64,000 nucleotides of DNA from Fistulifera solaris (lineage: Eukaryota), in the NCBI GenBank assembly GCA_030295235.1, contig AP026134.1:496001-560000 (forward strand), written 5' to 3'. Below are positions 51,452 through 63,341 of this stretch, piece after piece. The notes beneath the pieces are model-generated. The model worked only from the letters and a program-made list of their open reading frames with translations, was not told the DNA's origin and searched no databases. Position 1 is the stretch's first letter; the number at the start of each line of letters is the position of its first letter. The translations under genes were made by a program, and so were the position numbers.

Positions 51452-51853
51452 ATTTGTTTGTGGTAGGATTTCGACTATATTTAAATGGATTTAGCACAAG
51501 ACAGAGTACGGTACTTTGTAATAATGGTATCCGCGCAAGAAACTGGACCGCCGGGCGTGCTGTTAGATCAGCCGGCCGTTGTCACGCACACTGTACTTAA
51601 GTTGAGTCCGACTTCTCTAGGAACGAAAGAAGAATGTCAAACAAGGCCAGCATTCAAAATATCTTCAGAGCGGTATCCTGGAGCGTGAGTGTGGAGGGAG
51701 GAGGGAGTTTTCGGCTGTAGTAAAAGCACGTGCATTTGTACGGCCGTACCAGGTAAATTCGAGCTTCCGAGTCGTTTTGTAAAGATTTTTTTATTTCGCC
51801 CGATCGTTGCCCATAGTTTCAGTCCCTTCATTCGAACGATCCTCATCTTCACC

Positions 51854-52923
51854 ATGACAACGACAGACAACTTGTTTACCTTTCTCTCTGTAGGAAATGC
51901 TGTGGATAGAACTTTCAGCATTTACATGAGCCGCTGGGTTTTGTTCAGTCAACTGGCGCTAGTAATTGTTCTTCCGCAAATCGTTTTGAATATCATTCTA
52001 CTAAAGACTCTTTTAGTCGATGATGAAACAGCATCTATTCCTGCAGACTTTTCTACACTGACGGACGATTCTTTCGGGGCACTCACGGATGATGCGGCAA
52101 TGCCATTTCCAAGCACATTTCCGACTATGTCGCCGCAGCTCGGTCTCGCTCTAGCGATTCAAGTTCTGTTCTCTTTCTTGTTTGGTATCCTCATTCAAGC
52201 CGCCACCATTCAAATTGTCGCAGAACACTACACAAGCAAACTTTCCACGTTCAGAGGAAGCTTGGTTCTTGCCGTTGATCGGTTTTATCCTATATTCGGC
52301 TACGGTCTCCTTGGCACAGCTGGGTTCTTTCTTTTTGCCTCGTATTCGGTGTCCTACTTGGTGTTCTCACTGTAATCCAGGCTCCGCAGTTCTTCTTCGT
52401 ACTTATCATTTTCGCGGCTTTTGCATTCCTTATCTACGTGATGCTTTCTTTGACGATTGTTTTGCCAATCTTGGTGATAGAGAAACAGACGCCAGTAGGC
52501 GCCATCAAACGATCCTTTGAGCTACTTCCTACCTATCGGTGCTACGTCTTTTGTTCCATGGTATTACTTGCTATTGTGCTTATCTTTGGATCGATGGTTT
52601 ACCAAGCTATGATTGGGGCTATGTTGGGTGCCTCTATCTTGAGTTCCGTTGTCAGTGGTCTGTCGGCTGTTGTCACTTTGCCACTGCAGACGATGTAAGT
52701 CAAGATATGGCTATCCCGCGTCCATTGCAGTATCTTGCGGCTTTCTCGCGCTTACGATTCTCGTAATCTCTTTAGAATTGCTGCTGTTCTCTATTTCAGT
52801 GTCCGTGTCCAGACAGAAGGTTTGAACTTGGAAACGCTGGTAAAGGAGTTGGAAATGAATTGTGGTGGCAGCGTCAACTACAAGCATGTGATACTGGCGG
52901 AAGCCGACGATGAGGTCGTGTAA
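51854..52923 (+). CDS. Multi-pass membrane protein, paralog D (frameshift ~52335)
   Basis: DNLFTFLS...LFSQLALV...LPILVIEKQTP...RCYVFCS; intron 52695..52775; last exon LYFSVRVQTEG. Confidence 0.82.
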
Positions 52924-53349
52924 AGCTAGCACGAGTAAAGAATGAGCTTAGCTGACGTACTGCATGGTCCCCATGAGACGTGTTTGCTGAACGCAAACGC
53001 GATCACGCAGAGCATATCTTGTCGACCGCTATGATGGAAAAAAAGAATGCCGCCGATACACATAGCGCATTTTTCTACTAAATGTCTCAAACTGAAATTT
53101 AGGGAGTCATCGTCCGTGCAAGGTACAAAGTTTAAATGTATTTCGCTGGCTTCTTCTTAGTAAAATCTACTTGTGCCAGTATTTCTACGTCTCGTACGCC
53201 ATCCCACACTATTTTTAACTCGTGAAATGCGACAGCTTCCGAGTTCGAGTGACCTACAATGAAATCATCGTTCCGATTCGGAGGCTCTCACAATCCTTTT
53301 TCCCCTAACCGAATATTGAGCCAGGATCAATCCATACACTTCAAAAAAA

Positions 53350-53862
53350 ATGGCAACGTCGGACCACTTGTTCACATTCCTCTCTAAAGGGAACGCTGTC
53401 GACAGAGCCTTTCGTGTTTACTTGATCCGCTGGAAGTTGTTTACTCAACTGGCTCTCGTTGTGGTCATTCCTTAAATTGAGCTAAACATCACCTTACAAA
53501 AGACTCTAATCATGGATGATTCGGGAGCTTTTGCTGAAAACGCGGAAGCGACATTCCAGACGATGTCGCCGAAACAAGTCGCCATTCTGGGAATCGAAAT
53601 TGCCTCTTCTTTCTTGTTTGGTATTGTCGTTCAAGCGGCAATCGTTCAAGTGGGTGCGGAATGCTACTCACAAAAGCTTTCCACATTCAAAGGAAGCTTA
53701 TTCCTCGCTTTCAATCGGTTCTGCGCTATTTTTGGTTTTGGTCTGCTATACTCAGCAGCGGTACTTGTTTTTGGCATGGCGTTTGCTTATCATTCTTTCC
53801 AAATGGCCTGATTTTCTTGGGACGCTACTTTGCGTTTACGTCATGCTCTCTCTCACGATTGT

Positions 53863-53924
<62 letters not shown>

Positions 53925-54390
53925 GATTGTGCTCCCGATCTTGGTGATCGAAAAACAGTCTCCTATTGGCGCAAATAGACGATCATTGGAGCTCCTCCCA
54001 ACCTTTCGCTGCTACGTGTTTTGTTCCATGCTTCTGCTTGGAGTCGAAGTGATCTTTGCATCAAAGCTCTACCAAGCCCTGGTGGGAGCAATATTCGGTG
54101 TCTCCATCTTGACGTCTGTGTTCGGTGGTCTTTCAGCGGTTGTCACTTTGCCTTTGCAGACAGTGTAAGTTGTGAGCACGGCCCTCCGTGAACTTACTAT
54201 TCGAGTCCTTTCCTCAGTCGATCGAAATACCATTTAGCATTGCTGCCGTCCTCTATTTCAGCGTCCGTGTTCAGAAAGAAGGTTTGAATATGGAAACATT
54301 GATTTAAATGAGCTAGAAATCAGTTCTGATTGTCCCAGAATTTACAAAAATGTGCTGCTGGCGGAATTCGATGGTGAAGTTGTCTCAAAT
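53350..54390 (+). pseudogene. Multi-pass membrane protein, paralog E, pseudogenised
   Basis: TAA at 53473-53475 where paralogs B, C, D and F have Gln (PQI); frame break ~53800; (CT)n insertion 53864..53922; intron 54165..54237; early TAA 54305. Confidence 0.8.
53864..53922. repeat. (CT)~29 microsatellite inside paralog E
   Basis: Pure CT run; acgattgtgctc occurs on both sides (53855 and 53923). Confidence 0.95.
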
Positions 54391-54682
54391 GATGGGCTTT
54401 CATCTTTGTCATCGTGATGTGGTGCGCACAGTATACAGTACACGTCGTTTTTTGTTTTTAACATCGGAGTAAAGTTTACTATAAGACCAAAAGTAGGCTT
54501 GGGACATTATGGGTCTTTTTTTACAATCAGCGCCATACAGCTTACAGCCTCGACACTCGACACACTCGCGACATCGCTTCTTCTGAGAAAAGATGAAGCA
54601 GTATTCTCGTTTACTAGTACATTGATAAGACCTCATTATTGTTATTCTCGGTGATCATCCTCTGCCTGCAAATATTATCATT

Positions 54683-55715
54683 ATGACGACCACAGACGAC
54701 CCTTTCGTCTTTCTTGCTCCGGGGCACTCAGTGGACAGGGCCTGTAGCATTTATATGAGACGGTGGAGCTTGATCACGCGCCTGGCTTTGATTGAGGTCA
54801 TCCCTCAAATCATGTTGACACTCAGCTTGAAAAAAACTCTTGTATTAGCCACTTCTCAATGGATCGTTCCCAATATGAACGATATATGGAACAGCATGTC
54901 GACGATGCGAATTGTCCTTCTCAGCATCGAATACGCCTTGTGCTGTTTGTCTGGTATAATCGTTCAAGCCGCTATCATTCAAGTTGTAATTGAATACTAC
55001 GCAAACAAGTACTCTTCATTCAAAGCAAGCTTGAGACTCGCTTTTGACAGATTTGGTGCGATACTATGCTTCAAATTGCTCTACGTGACGGCGTTACTGA
55101 TTGTCAGCATTGCAGTTGGTGGTTCTCTTTATTACTTACTGTTGCTTCACAATTTTGCCCGAGTCGATGGTCTCGCATTCGTCGCACTACTAATTATTCT
55201 CACAGCAAGTGCAATCGTCGCTTATGTTATACTTTCTCTGGCAGTTGGATTGCCGATCATAATGGTAGAAAAAGGTCATCGATCGGCGCGCTGAAACGAT
55301 CATTCGAGCTAGTTTCAGGCTATCGTTGCTACATCTTCTGTTCCATCTGCTTGATGTCACTTCTAGTTGGCATTGGTGTTGTGATATATCGCATCATGGT
55401 TGGGTTCATGTTCGGATTTTTCTTTCTTTGGGGCTGTATTCTATGCGCTTTCGGCACTTGTCACTTTGCCATTGCAGACAATGTAAGCGTTTGCTGCGAT
55501 TCTCATCCGTACTTATCGTGCCCCGATTTCTCTAATTATTGCCCATTCTCCTCCTTTCCAGTCTTACTAATATTCTTTATTTCAGTCTTCGCGTTCGGAA
55601 AGAAGGCTTGAACGGGGAGACTTTGGCAGGAGAGATGGAAGAGAATAATAGAGGCATTGGCAACTACAACAACGTGTCCATTGAGGAAGCTGATTGTGAG
55701 GCTCCTTACTTATAA
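54683..55715 (+). CDS. Multi-pass membrane protein, paralog F (frameshifts ~55272 and ~55430)
   Basis: DPFVFL...VQAAIIQVVIEYY...LPIIMVE...ALKRSFELVSGYRCYIFCS; intron 55483..55561; last exon LYFSLRVRKEG. Confidence 0.75.
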
Positions 55716-55780
55716 GCACTATGTGCAACCAGAATGGATTCGTATCTCTAGTCTACTATATATGGGCCTCTGCAAAACAA

Positions 55781-55986
55781 TGAGTCATGACTGAAATGCA
55801 GTCATGGTAGCGTTGACACGTTACTTGGGATGTATTCTAGACACAGAAGACAACTATCTTAAAGGATTTTGGGCGTAAATAATCGATGCATGCATTGCAA
55901 ATGCCGCAGTCTTGCAAACTAGGAGCTCAAACGGAGATTACGTAGCAGTGTGGCTCGGAACTATGATGATTCACGACTGAAATCCA
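55781..55986 (+). repeat. Dispersed paired-palindrome element, locus 3
   Basis: tgagtcatgactgaaatgcagtcatggtagcg (55781) and tgattcacgactgaaatcc (55967). Confidence 0.7.
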
Positions 55987-56519
55987 TTTTTTAGCGTTGG
56001 CATTACGTTGTGGCTGTCAAGTAAATATTGAGACAGCGATATATCTGCATCAATGCATGCATTCAATATTTGCAACTTCGATTTGACATTGAAGCATGGA
56101 AAAGATGAATAATTCAACGCTTCTAAAGTCTACGTGTTTTTTACGTAGCCTCTGTAGGTAATTTATCGATGTAGGTAAACCCAAATTCTGTAAATCCGGT
56201 CTCATCCATTTATTGGGACTAAAGCGCTCGATTGTCAAAATTACCTTGCCCAACGTAATTGATTCGTATCATGAAACAATTACCGCCATCGATTTTTGAA
56301 AGCAAAACGTAGATTTAACCAATGATGCAACGCTTCGAAAACCAACGCGTGTTTCAAGTGGGCCTCGTGTATACTTTGTACAGTCGTGGGGGAATTTATC
56401 AGCAGAGGAGAACCCGAATATTGAATTATTCGACCTCTCCTATTTATTTGAGCGTCATGTGTTTATCCTCTCAAACACCATCATTTCCCTTCTTTCCATT
56501 TAAAATACAGCATGCAGCC

Positions 56520-57490
56520 ATGCCAAAATACGGTGAATGTTTAATATGCGCCGAAGAATTTGTACTTCTGAGACCAACGTCGTGCTGCGAAAAAGCTACG
56601 TGTCAACCCTGCCTTTATCAGCACATCAAATCGATCCTGGAAGAGGCACGAACGGGAGGCCGACGACGTATGGTATGCCCTTTTGGATGTGGCAAACAAC
56701 TATCGGATTTTGATATACGTCTATGCTTTCAGCGACAGCATTACTCGGTTGTATGGGATTTTGTGGGATCGTTTCTTTATATTTTTTTTTCGGCTGGTAT
56801 GTTCCGACAGTTGCATCGATTACCTGTCGACATCATTATTACTGGCTATATTGTTTGCACACTAGAGGGGAATGTCGAGATCTAGATGCATATGAGAAAT
56901 GGAATGTTTTAACGGCGTATGCTGATATGAATAAGAAGCAGGATGCTGTGATTGTTCATTGCCCCGCCACCGACTGTGATTATTCCTGGATCGTTGCCGA
57001 TCCAGAATTTCGTGAAAAGAAACGCAGGCATGAGGATAAAAGTCGATTTCTATGGTATACACCCATGAAACCTGAATCCGTTCCGACAAACTGGGTGGAA
57101 CCCGATTTTATGAATATTGAAGTAACCGGCTGGATAGCGCAAGATATCGATGATCCTCGCAATGATGCTCGAAGAATGGTTTGCGGTAAATGTACACACG
57201 TTTTCTGTGGCCTCTGTCGCAATCCCTGGACTTATGAGAATCACCGTCATAACGGCTGCTCCTGTCGTAGTTATGCTCGCAAATTACCAAGCGGTTGGGA
57301 TCATCAAGACATGGCTTCATGGTCTAGTACTCGAGCCTGCCCGGGTTGTCAGTTAAGAACAACACGCATTTCTGGTTGCAATCACATGACTTGCCCGTGT
57401 GGCTATGAATGGTGTTATGTATGTCGTGGTTCTTGGAATTCGTTGCATTACAGTTGTGTCGACGGCCAAACGAATTGCGTAATTTTGTAA
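56520..57490 (+). CDS. RBR (RING1-IBR-RING2) E3 ubiquitin ligase with C-terminal CaaX (frameshift in T-run ~56787)
   Basis: CLIC...CQPC...CPFGC; HCPATDC...CGKC.HVFCGLCRNPW; CPGC...SGCNHMTCPCGYEWCYVC; ends CVIL. Confidence 0.88.
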
Positions 57491-57842
57491 TTTGTTCGAT
57501 TGTTTTTGAATGAGCTAACTAAATAGACATTGCAGTCCTTGCATCTTTGAATACAAAATCAGCTTACTTTGTTAGTCGTAGGATCATAGGTACAGTTCTT
57601 TCAAAGAAAATGACAAATCTATTAGAAAGGCGTTCGTGACTCGCGTCGTCCCATACATGATACGTGACTCGGGGCGAAGAACGGACGAAGATGATGATAA
57701 ATGCAGAATAATGCAGAATGCAGCGCGACGAAAAAAGATGATCGGTGACACGTAATAAAACAAAATAAAAAAAGATCACCACCTGCAAATCATTTATTCA
57801 TCTTTTTCACATTGTTAAAACATTGTTAAAAATAAGTAAATT

Positions 57843-60294
57843 ATGGCGCCCAAGAATCGCCGCACGGGAAAGCAAACCACGCAGTCTGCTCTTTTGACGA
57901 GGAGGAGAAAAAAAGCGCCGTACGACGATCTTGTGTTAACGAGCGAAAAGCGACGAGGAGTCTACGAATGCGATTACTGTCGAACCGATATATCGCAACT
58001 ACCGCGCGTCCGTTGTGCGATTTGTCCAGATTTTGATTTATGCTTGGATTGCTTGGTATCCCCGCCCAATGAAGCGAGTCATGATCCGACCCACGGATAT
58101 CGCGTCTGCGATAGTACGCGGTATCCGCTCTTCCCAACATCCAGGACCTTGTTGTCGTCTGTTTCCACAAAAACTTCGGTGAATGATGAGCAAGGGAACG
58201 AGGAAATGAAAGAAGGAGACGAAAGTCAAGCAGAAGATGTGGATCCGACCAAAGAAAAGGAAGAAAACAACCTACCGACGAACGAGAACGAAAACAAGGC
58301 CGATGAAATAATGCAGTTGGAAGGAAAATCCGATACAAATGACGATTCAAAAAATGCCGGTCCGGAAGATGGGGCAGCTCCTGCTGATGACGATGGGGCT
58401 GCCTCTGAAATTGTAGTTGTTCAGACGGATGATCGAAAGTCCGTTTGGACGGTGGAAGAAGATCTGCGCCTGCTCGAGGGCATCAAGATGCACGGGCTAG
58501 CGAAGTAAGTTACATCGCGTTATTCTATATGGTTGAAGACAACTTCATCATGCTAATAGTGACGTTATTCTTTTTTCAGCTGGGTAGACATTGCGGAGGT
58601 GGTCTGCGGACAAGGTTCCACAGGCAAAACACCGAAAAGATGCATGGAACGGTATTGGGATGATTTTCTTGGAAGATACGGAAAAATTCTTCCGCCCTAT
58701 ACTTTGACAGTCGATGAAGATGCCGAGGACGAGAATAGAGCGGATGGCGGTGAAGAGGAGGAGGTGAAGGTCGTGAAGGAGGACGAGACCACTACGCCTA
58801 GTCGGGCTTCTAAGCGAAGGGCGATTTTCATGCGGAGTCCAAGTTCTGTATCTTCGTTTTCCGCCACTAACTTTACGCTGGGATCACGTAAAAAGTTCCG
58901 AGCTGTACCAACTGACTCTTTGCTTTCGGAAGACTCGGATGATTTTTGGCCAAACCCTTTCCTTCCGGAAGGAAAGGTGACCGGGGAAGAGGTTGGTCGT
59001 GACTCTGCGTACAAGGCTGAGCAACTCTATGTCAAGCTTATTTCAGGATTGGATTCAGTCGAGAAAGTAGCACAAGTTAGAAAGGAATGGGAGGAAACTC
59101 GTTTATTGAAACCTGGTGGCCCAACGGTTTTGCCCATGAGACCGGATGATTTGGTGACTATTCCAGGTGCCGAGCTTGCCGGGTATATGCCTCGTCGGGG
59201 AGACTTTGATATTGAATGGGAAAATGAGGCCGAACAAGCTATCGCGGACATGGAATTTCTGCCTGGTGAGTCGGAGGCTGATGTTAATCTCAAACTGCAG
59301 GTGCTTCAGATCTACAACTCGAGACTAGACGAAAGGGAGCAGAAGAAAGAATTCATTATTAAGCGTCGCATATACGATTACAAAAAGAAGCAAGCCGAAG
59401 ACCAGCGTTTACCGCGTGATGAACGTGATTTGGTGCAGCGTATGCGACTTTTCGAACGCTTTCATACGCCCAAGGAGCATGAGCAATTCCTGGCTGATAT
59501 ACTGCGCGCTAAACGCCTAAGGAAGGAAATCGCAAAGCTTCAAATGTTTCGCCGCATGGGTATCAAAGATATGCTGGAAGCAGAACGGTACGTGTTTTTG
59601 GACGTTGCGTGGAGAGTGAATATCTAAGGAAACTAATTTACATCCTTGCAGTTACGAGCTCGACAAACACAGGCATGCCATCCACCTGGAAGCTCATCAG
59701 CAGCTGCTCAAGAAGGACAAATCAGAAAATGAGAAAAAGGAAAAGCAAGAAGAACCAGACTCTGTGTCTCTTTGGAAACAATACCGTAGTACCACGGATC
59801 ATAGGAAAGGCCGCAAAAGCTTAGGACGTTTGCGGTCCCGCGATGATGATATGGACGCAGTGGTAGCTAATTCAATCAAGAGCGAATCCGAAGTTGTTGA
59901 CGCCATGGATGTTGATGAACCCACACCTTCCGAAGCCCGCACACACCCAGCGGAAATGGCCGTGGATCCTAATGAGAAGAATTGTGAACAAGAGGCACAA
60001 ATGCATGAAGGAAATGTAGAATCAGAGATGGAAAAAATCAAAAAGTTCCCATCAGCTGACCTCCTTTCCGATCGAGAACTCCAACTGTGTCAATTAGCCA
60101 AATTGAAACCTGCCGAGTATTTAGAAATCAAACGAATGATAGTACAGCAGTCGACAGCTGCTGGTCTTGTCGAGAGCCGACGGAAGACATTGCTGTTGAT
60201 TGACATGGAGCGACGGGGCGATGTGATTGATTTCATGGTAAAAGCCGGTTGGGTGTCCCCGAAAGTCGAAGCCGAGGTACGAAGCATAATTTAG
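57843..60294 (+). CDS. ADA2: Transcriptional adaptor ADA2 (ZZ, SANT, Ada2 box, SWIRM)
   Basis: CDYC...CPDFDLCLDC; WTVEEDLRLLEGI; GYMPRRGDFDIEWENEAE; SWIRM LLSDRELQLC...FMVKAGW; introns 58505..58579 and 59588..59651. Confidence 0.93.
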
Positions 60295-60321
60295 CGGTAA
60301 TAGTAAACACTCTAATGAGAA

Positions 60322-61380
60322 TTATTTTTTAACTGCTTCGTACGATGCTCCATGGTCACGCGTGTTTCTCGATGGCATGTCACTGCTATAAGACCGCCAA
60401 TATGGGAAGGGATTGTTCGCTTTCGTGATGTTCCATGCTCGCTCAAACGAGTCCACTATTTTGTCCGAAAGTGGACCCTTGTCTACAGCAGCTTCGCAGG
60501 CGGCTAAATTCTCGTCCAATTGGGCCAACGAACTCGCTCCGAGCAAAACACCATCATTCTGCGACAAGGCGGAATGGCAAAGCATCCAACGGTACGTAGC
60601 CTCCACCATAGATATATTTTCCTCTTTACAGCTCTCTCGAATGATTTGGATGGCTTCGAAATTTGGCGCCGTATAAAACCGTGGTAAATAGTTAGGATTG
60701 TTCTTGAAGCGGCCTTTCATGACCGTGTCGGGGTCGACGTGTTTCCCGGTGAGAAGACCGGCCGCCAAAGGGTTGTAAGCCACAAAAGCACAGTTATTGC
60801 GTTTCAAAACAGGCATTAGCTCGTCTTCCACCAGACGATTGAGTGGATTATAGAGTCCTTGATATACAGTCGGAGGTGTTAACTTGTGTAGAGAGCACAA
60901 TTGAAAGGCCCGCTCCATCTCATCCGCGTGATAGTTACTCATCCCAATGGCGGAAATCTTCCCCTTCGTTACCAACGAATCCAAATAAATAAGACTATCT
61001 AACAGTGAATGTTCCGGATCCGGCTGATGCAAGTAGTATTCGCCGCAGGAATCTATTTGCATGGCAGCGAAGGAAGCATCGAGTTGTGCCTGTATGCCGG
61101 AGGGTGACAAACCCTGTGGTTGACTCGGATGTGCCTTGGTTCCTATAGTCAATGAATGCTCTATTTTGGGCAATATGAAACCCAACGTCGTTTCCGTTTT
61201 GCCTCCTGCATAAATGCGTGCTGTATCGATCCAAGAATGTGACGATTCGGTGTCGTATATTTGATTGTGCGCGACAAATCGCCGAATCATGTCCATCGCG
61301 ACGGCTTCATCGACACGCGACGATGTTTGCGACCACGAGAACGTCATCGTCCCTAAATATAAACGCGGTGTGGTTCTCAT
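60322..61380 (-). CDS. Aldo-keto reductase, AKR7 (aflatoxin aldehyde reductase)-like
   Basis: LGTMTF, IDTARIY, GTKAHP, YYLHQPD, GMSNY, PTVYQGLYN, YNPLAAGLLTGK. Confidence 0.9.
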   Translation of the reverse strand: MRTTPRLYLGTMTFSWSQTSSRVDEAVAMDMIRRFVAHNQIYDTESSHSWIDTARIYAGGKTETTLGFILPKIEHSLTIGTKAHPSQPQGLSPSGIQAQLDASFAAMQIDSCGEYYLHQPDPEHSLLDSLIYLDSLVTKGKISAIGMSNYHADEMERAFQLCSLHKLTPPTVYQGLYNPLNRLVEDELMPVLKRNNCAFVAYNPLAAGLLTGKHVDPDTVMKGRFKNNPNYLPRFYTAPNFEAIQIIRESCKEENISMVEATYRWMLCHSALSQNDGVLLGASSLAQLDENLAACEAAVDKGPLSDKIVDSFERAWNITKANNPFPYWRSYSSDMPSRNTRDHGASYEAVKK

Positions 61381-61713
61381 GATTACTCTAGCTCATCAAT
61401 ATGGATGAAAAGGATGTATTTGATGTAAAATAATGTCGTCAGGAACGCAGTGCTTTGATCATCATGGTCGTACTTCGATCTCCGTGGCCTATCATCTGCG
61501 TCGAAAATCGTGAGTACCGGATTCCCCTTACGGTACTCGAATAGCTCGTTTTCAGTTTTCAGCATTTGAGTACCAGTCAAGTCGATGTGATCGTAAAAAA
61601 TAAGCTTTTTATTTGTTGTTCATGGTTGTTTTCTTGCCTATCATTCACTCATTCTATTATTCATCGTTCGACAAACAACGCAACGTTAAACCTCGTTTTT
61701 GAAAACAACAATT

Positions 61714-63341
61714 ATGGTCCGACGGCAACGCGAAAAACAGTACCAATCTTCACGCGAACACCGTGATCATGCGCAAATGCGCTCTGGCACGGCCCATTCA
61801 GGTTCGACGGTGCAACGGAGGTTACCGTTCACGCATTGTGCCTTGTCGTTGACGGCCTTTGAAACTCCCGTATGCAATCGTGATGGTATTGTCTTTGAGA
61901 ATACGGCCCTATTTCCCTTTGTGATGAAACACCGCATCGATCCCGTGTCCGGGGTGCCGATGGAGTCGCGGGATATTATAACATTGAACATGGATCGTGA
62001 TGAAGAAGGACGGTGGCAGTGTCCGGTTTTGACCAAGCCGTTTGCGGATCATACTAAAATAATAGGAATATTACAACCAGGCGGAAAAGAAGCCAATGTT
62101 ATATCGTATGAGGCCTATCACGAACTGAATATCAAAACCAAAAACTACGAAGACTTGATTAGTGGTGTCAAATTCGATAAGCACAAGGATGTGCTCGTAT
62201 TGAATGATCCGGATGACGAAGAATTGAATCGACGTCGTGATATTAATCAATTTTATCACATTTTGCATTCAAGGGAATTGCAGACGGAGCAAAACGCGGA
62301 GGGGAATGTTCGTCACAGTGTCACGGCCTCACGTGTCATGGAGAAGCTCAAACAACAACAAGCCAAAGAAGCAGTGAAAAGTGAATCCCCATCTAACGAA
62401 TGTACGGCACACTCGATGCTTTACGTAGATATCGATGGAGAAAAGGTACCCATCATGGCTTCGGATGTGACCGGAGTGGAATTCACGACGGGCCGAGTTT
62501 CCGTTTCCTTGACATCTTCCGCGTCGGCTATTGCCCATGATAATGTACAGAGAATCGCCACCGTCGAAGAAGTTCTTCAGTCACAATTTCAGACCATGCG
62601 CAAATTGAAGAAAAAGGGATACGTGATTCTCGAAACCAACATGGGAAACATCACCCTAGAACTCCATTGCGACATGGCTCCTCGAACGTGTACTAATTTT
62701 CTCGGTCTTTGTCATCAGCACAAATACGACGACACGACATGTCATCGACTGATCAAGTCTTTTATGGTGCAGTTGGGAAAAGCACCGAAGGGCGAAGAAG
62801 AGGAGAGTCTTTGGGGTGAGGCCTTTCCCGATGAGTTCGATGAGCGGCTGTCGCACAACGAGGAAGGTGTTCTCAGTATGGCCAATGCGGGTCCGGGAAC
62901 GAACCGACGTCAGTTTTTCATCACATTTCAAAGCTGTACACATCTCGATCGTAAGCATTCTGTATTTGGGAAAGTCATCAAAGGAATGGATGTAGTAAAG
63001 AATCTGGAAACAATACCGACGGACAAGAAAGAAAAGACCGATGGAGGAAATCAGAATACTAAAAACAGTTGTGAAAACGGATCCTGCCGAAGAAGCCAAA
63101 CAGTTAGATTTGGAACGAATCGAAAAGATTATTCGTGAACGACGAAAAGCTGGTTCGAGCGCCAAAAGTGTTAAAGAATCAAAATCAAGCGCACTCGATA
63201 ATGGGCCGGCCGTTGGGAAATACCTTACTCAGAAAACAGCAGGAAAGGCATCCTCGGACGAAGATCAGGGGGCTGGTGACACGTCAAGGTTGGCACCGCC
63301 TCCTAAGAAAAACTAAATTTGGGAACTTTAGTGGATGGTAA
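61714..63341 (+). CDS. PPIL2: U-box plus cyclophilin protein, PPIL2/CYP65 type (frameshifts ~63035, ~63310)
   Basis: RLPFTHCALSL, CPVLTKPF, cyclophilin HRLIKSFMVQ, LSMANAGPGTN, HLDRKHSVFG; corrected end FGNFSGW. Confidence 0.9.

Noticed and set aside
13947..60294. Functional clustering of CBP and ADA2 chromatin genes
   Set aside because: About 39 kb apart with many unrelated genes between; expected by chance.
1650..63310. Widespread programmed ribosomal frameshifting
   Set aside because: No shared slippery-site or stop context, shifts go both ways, and they sit in homopolymers; sequencing error is simpler.
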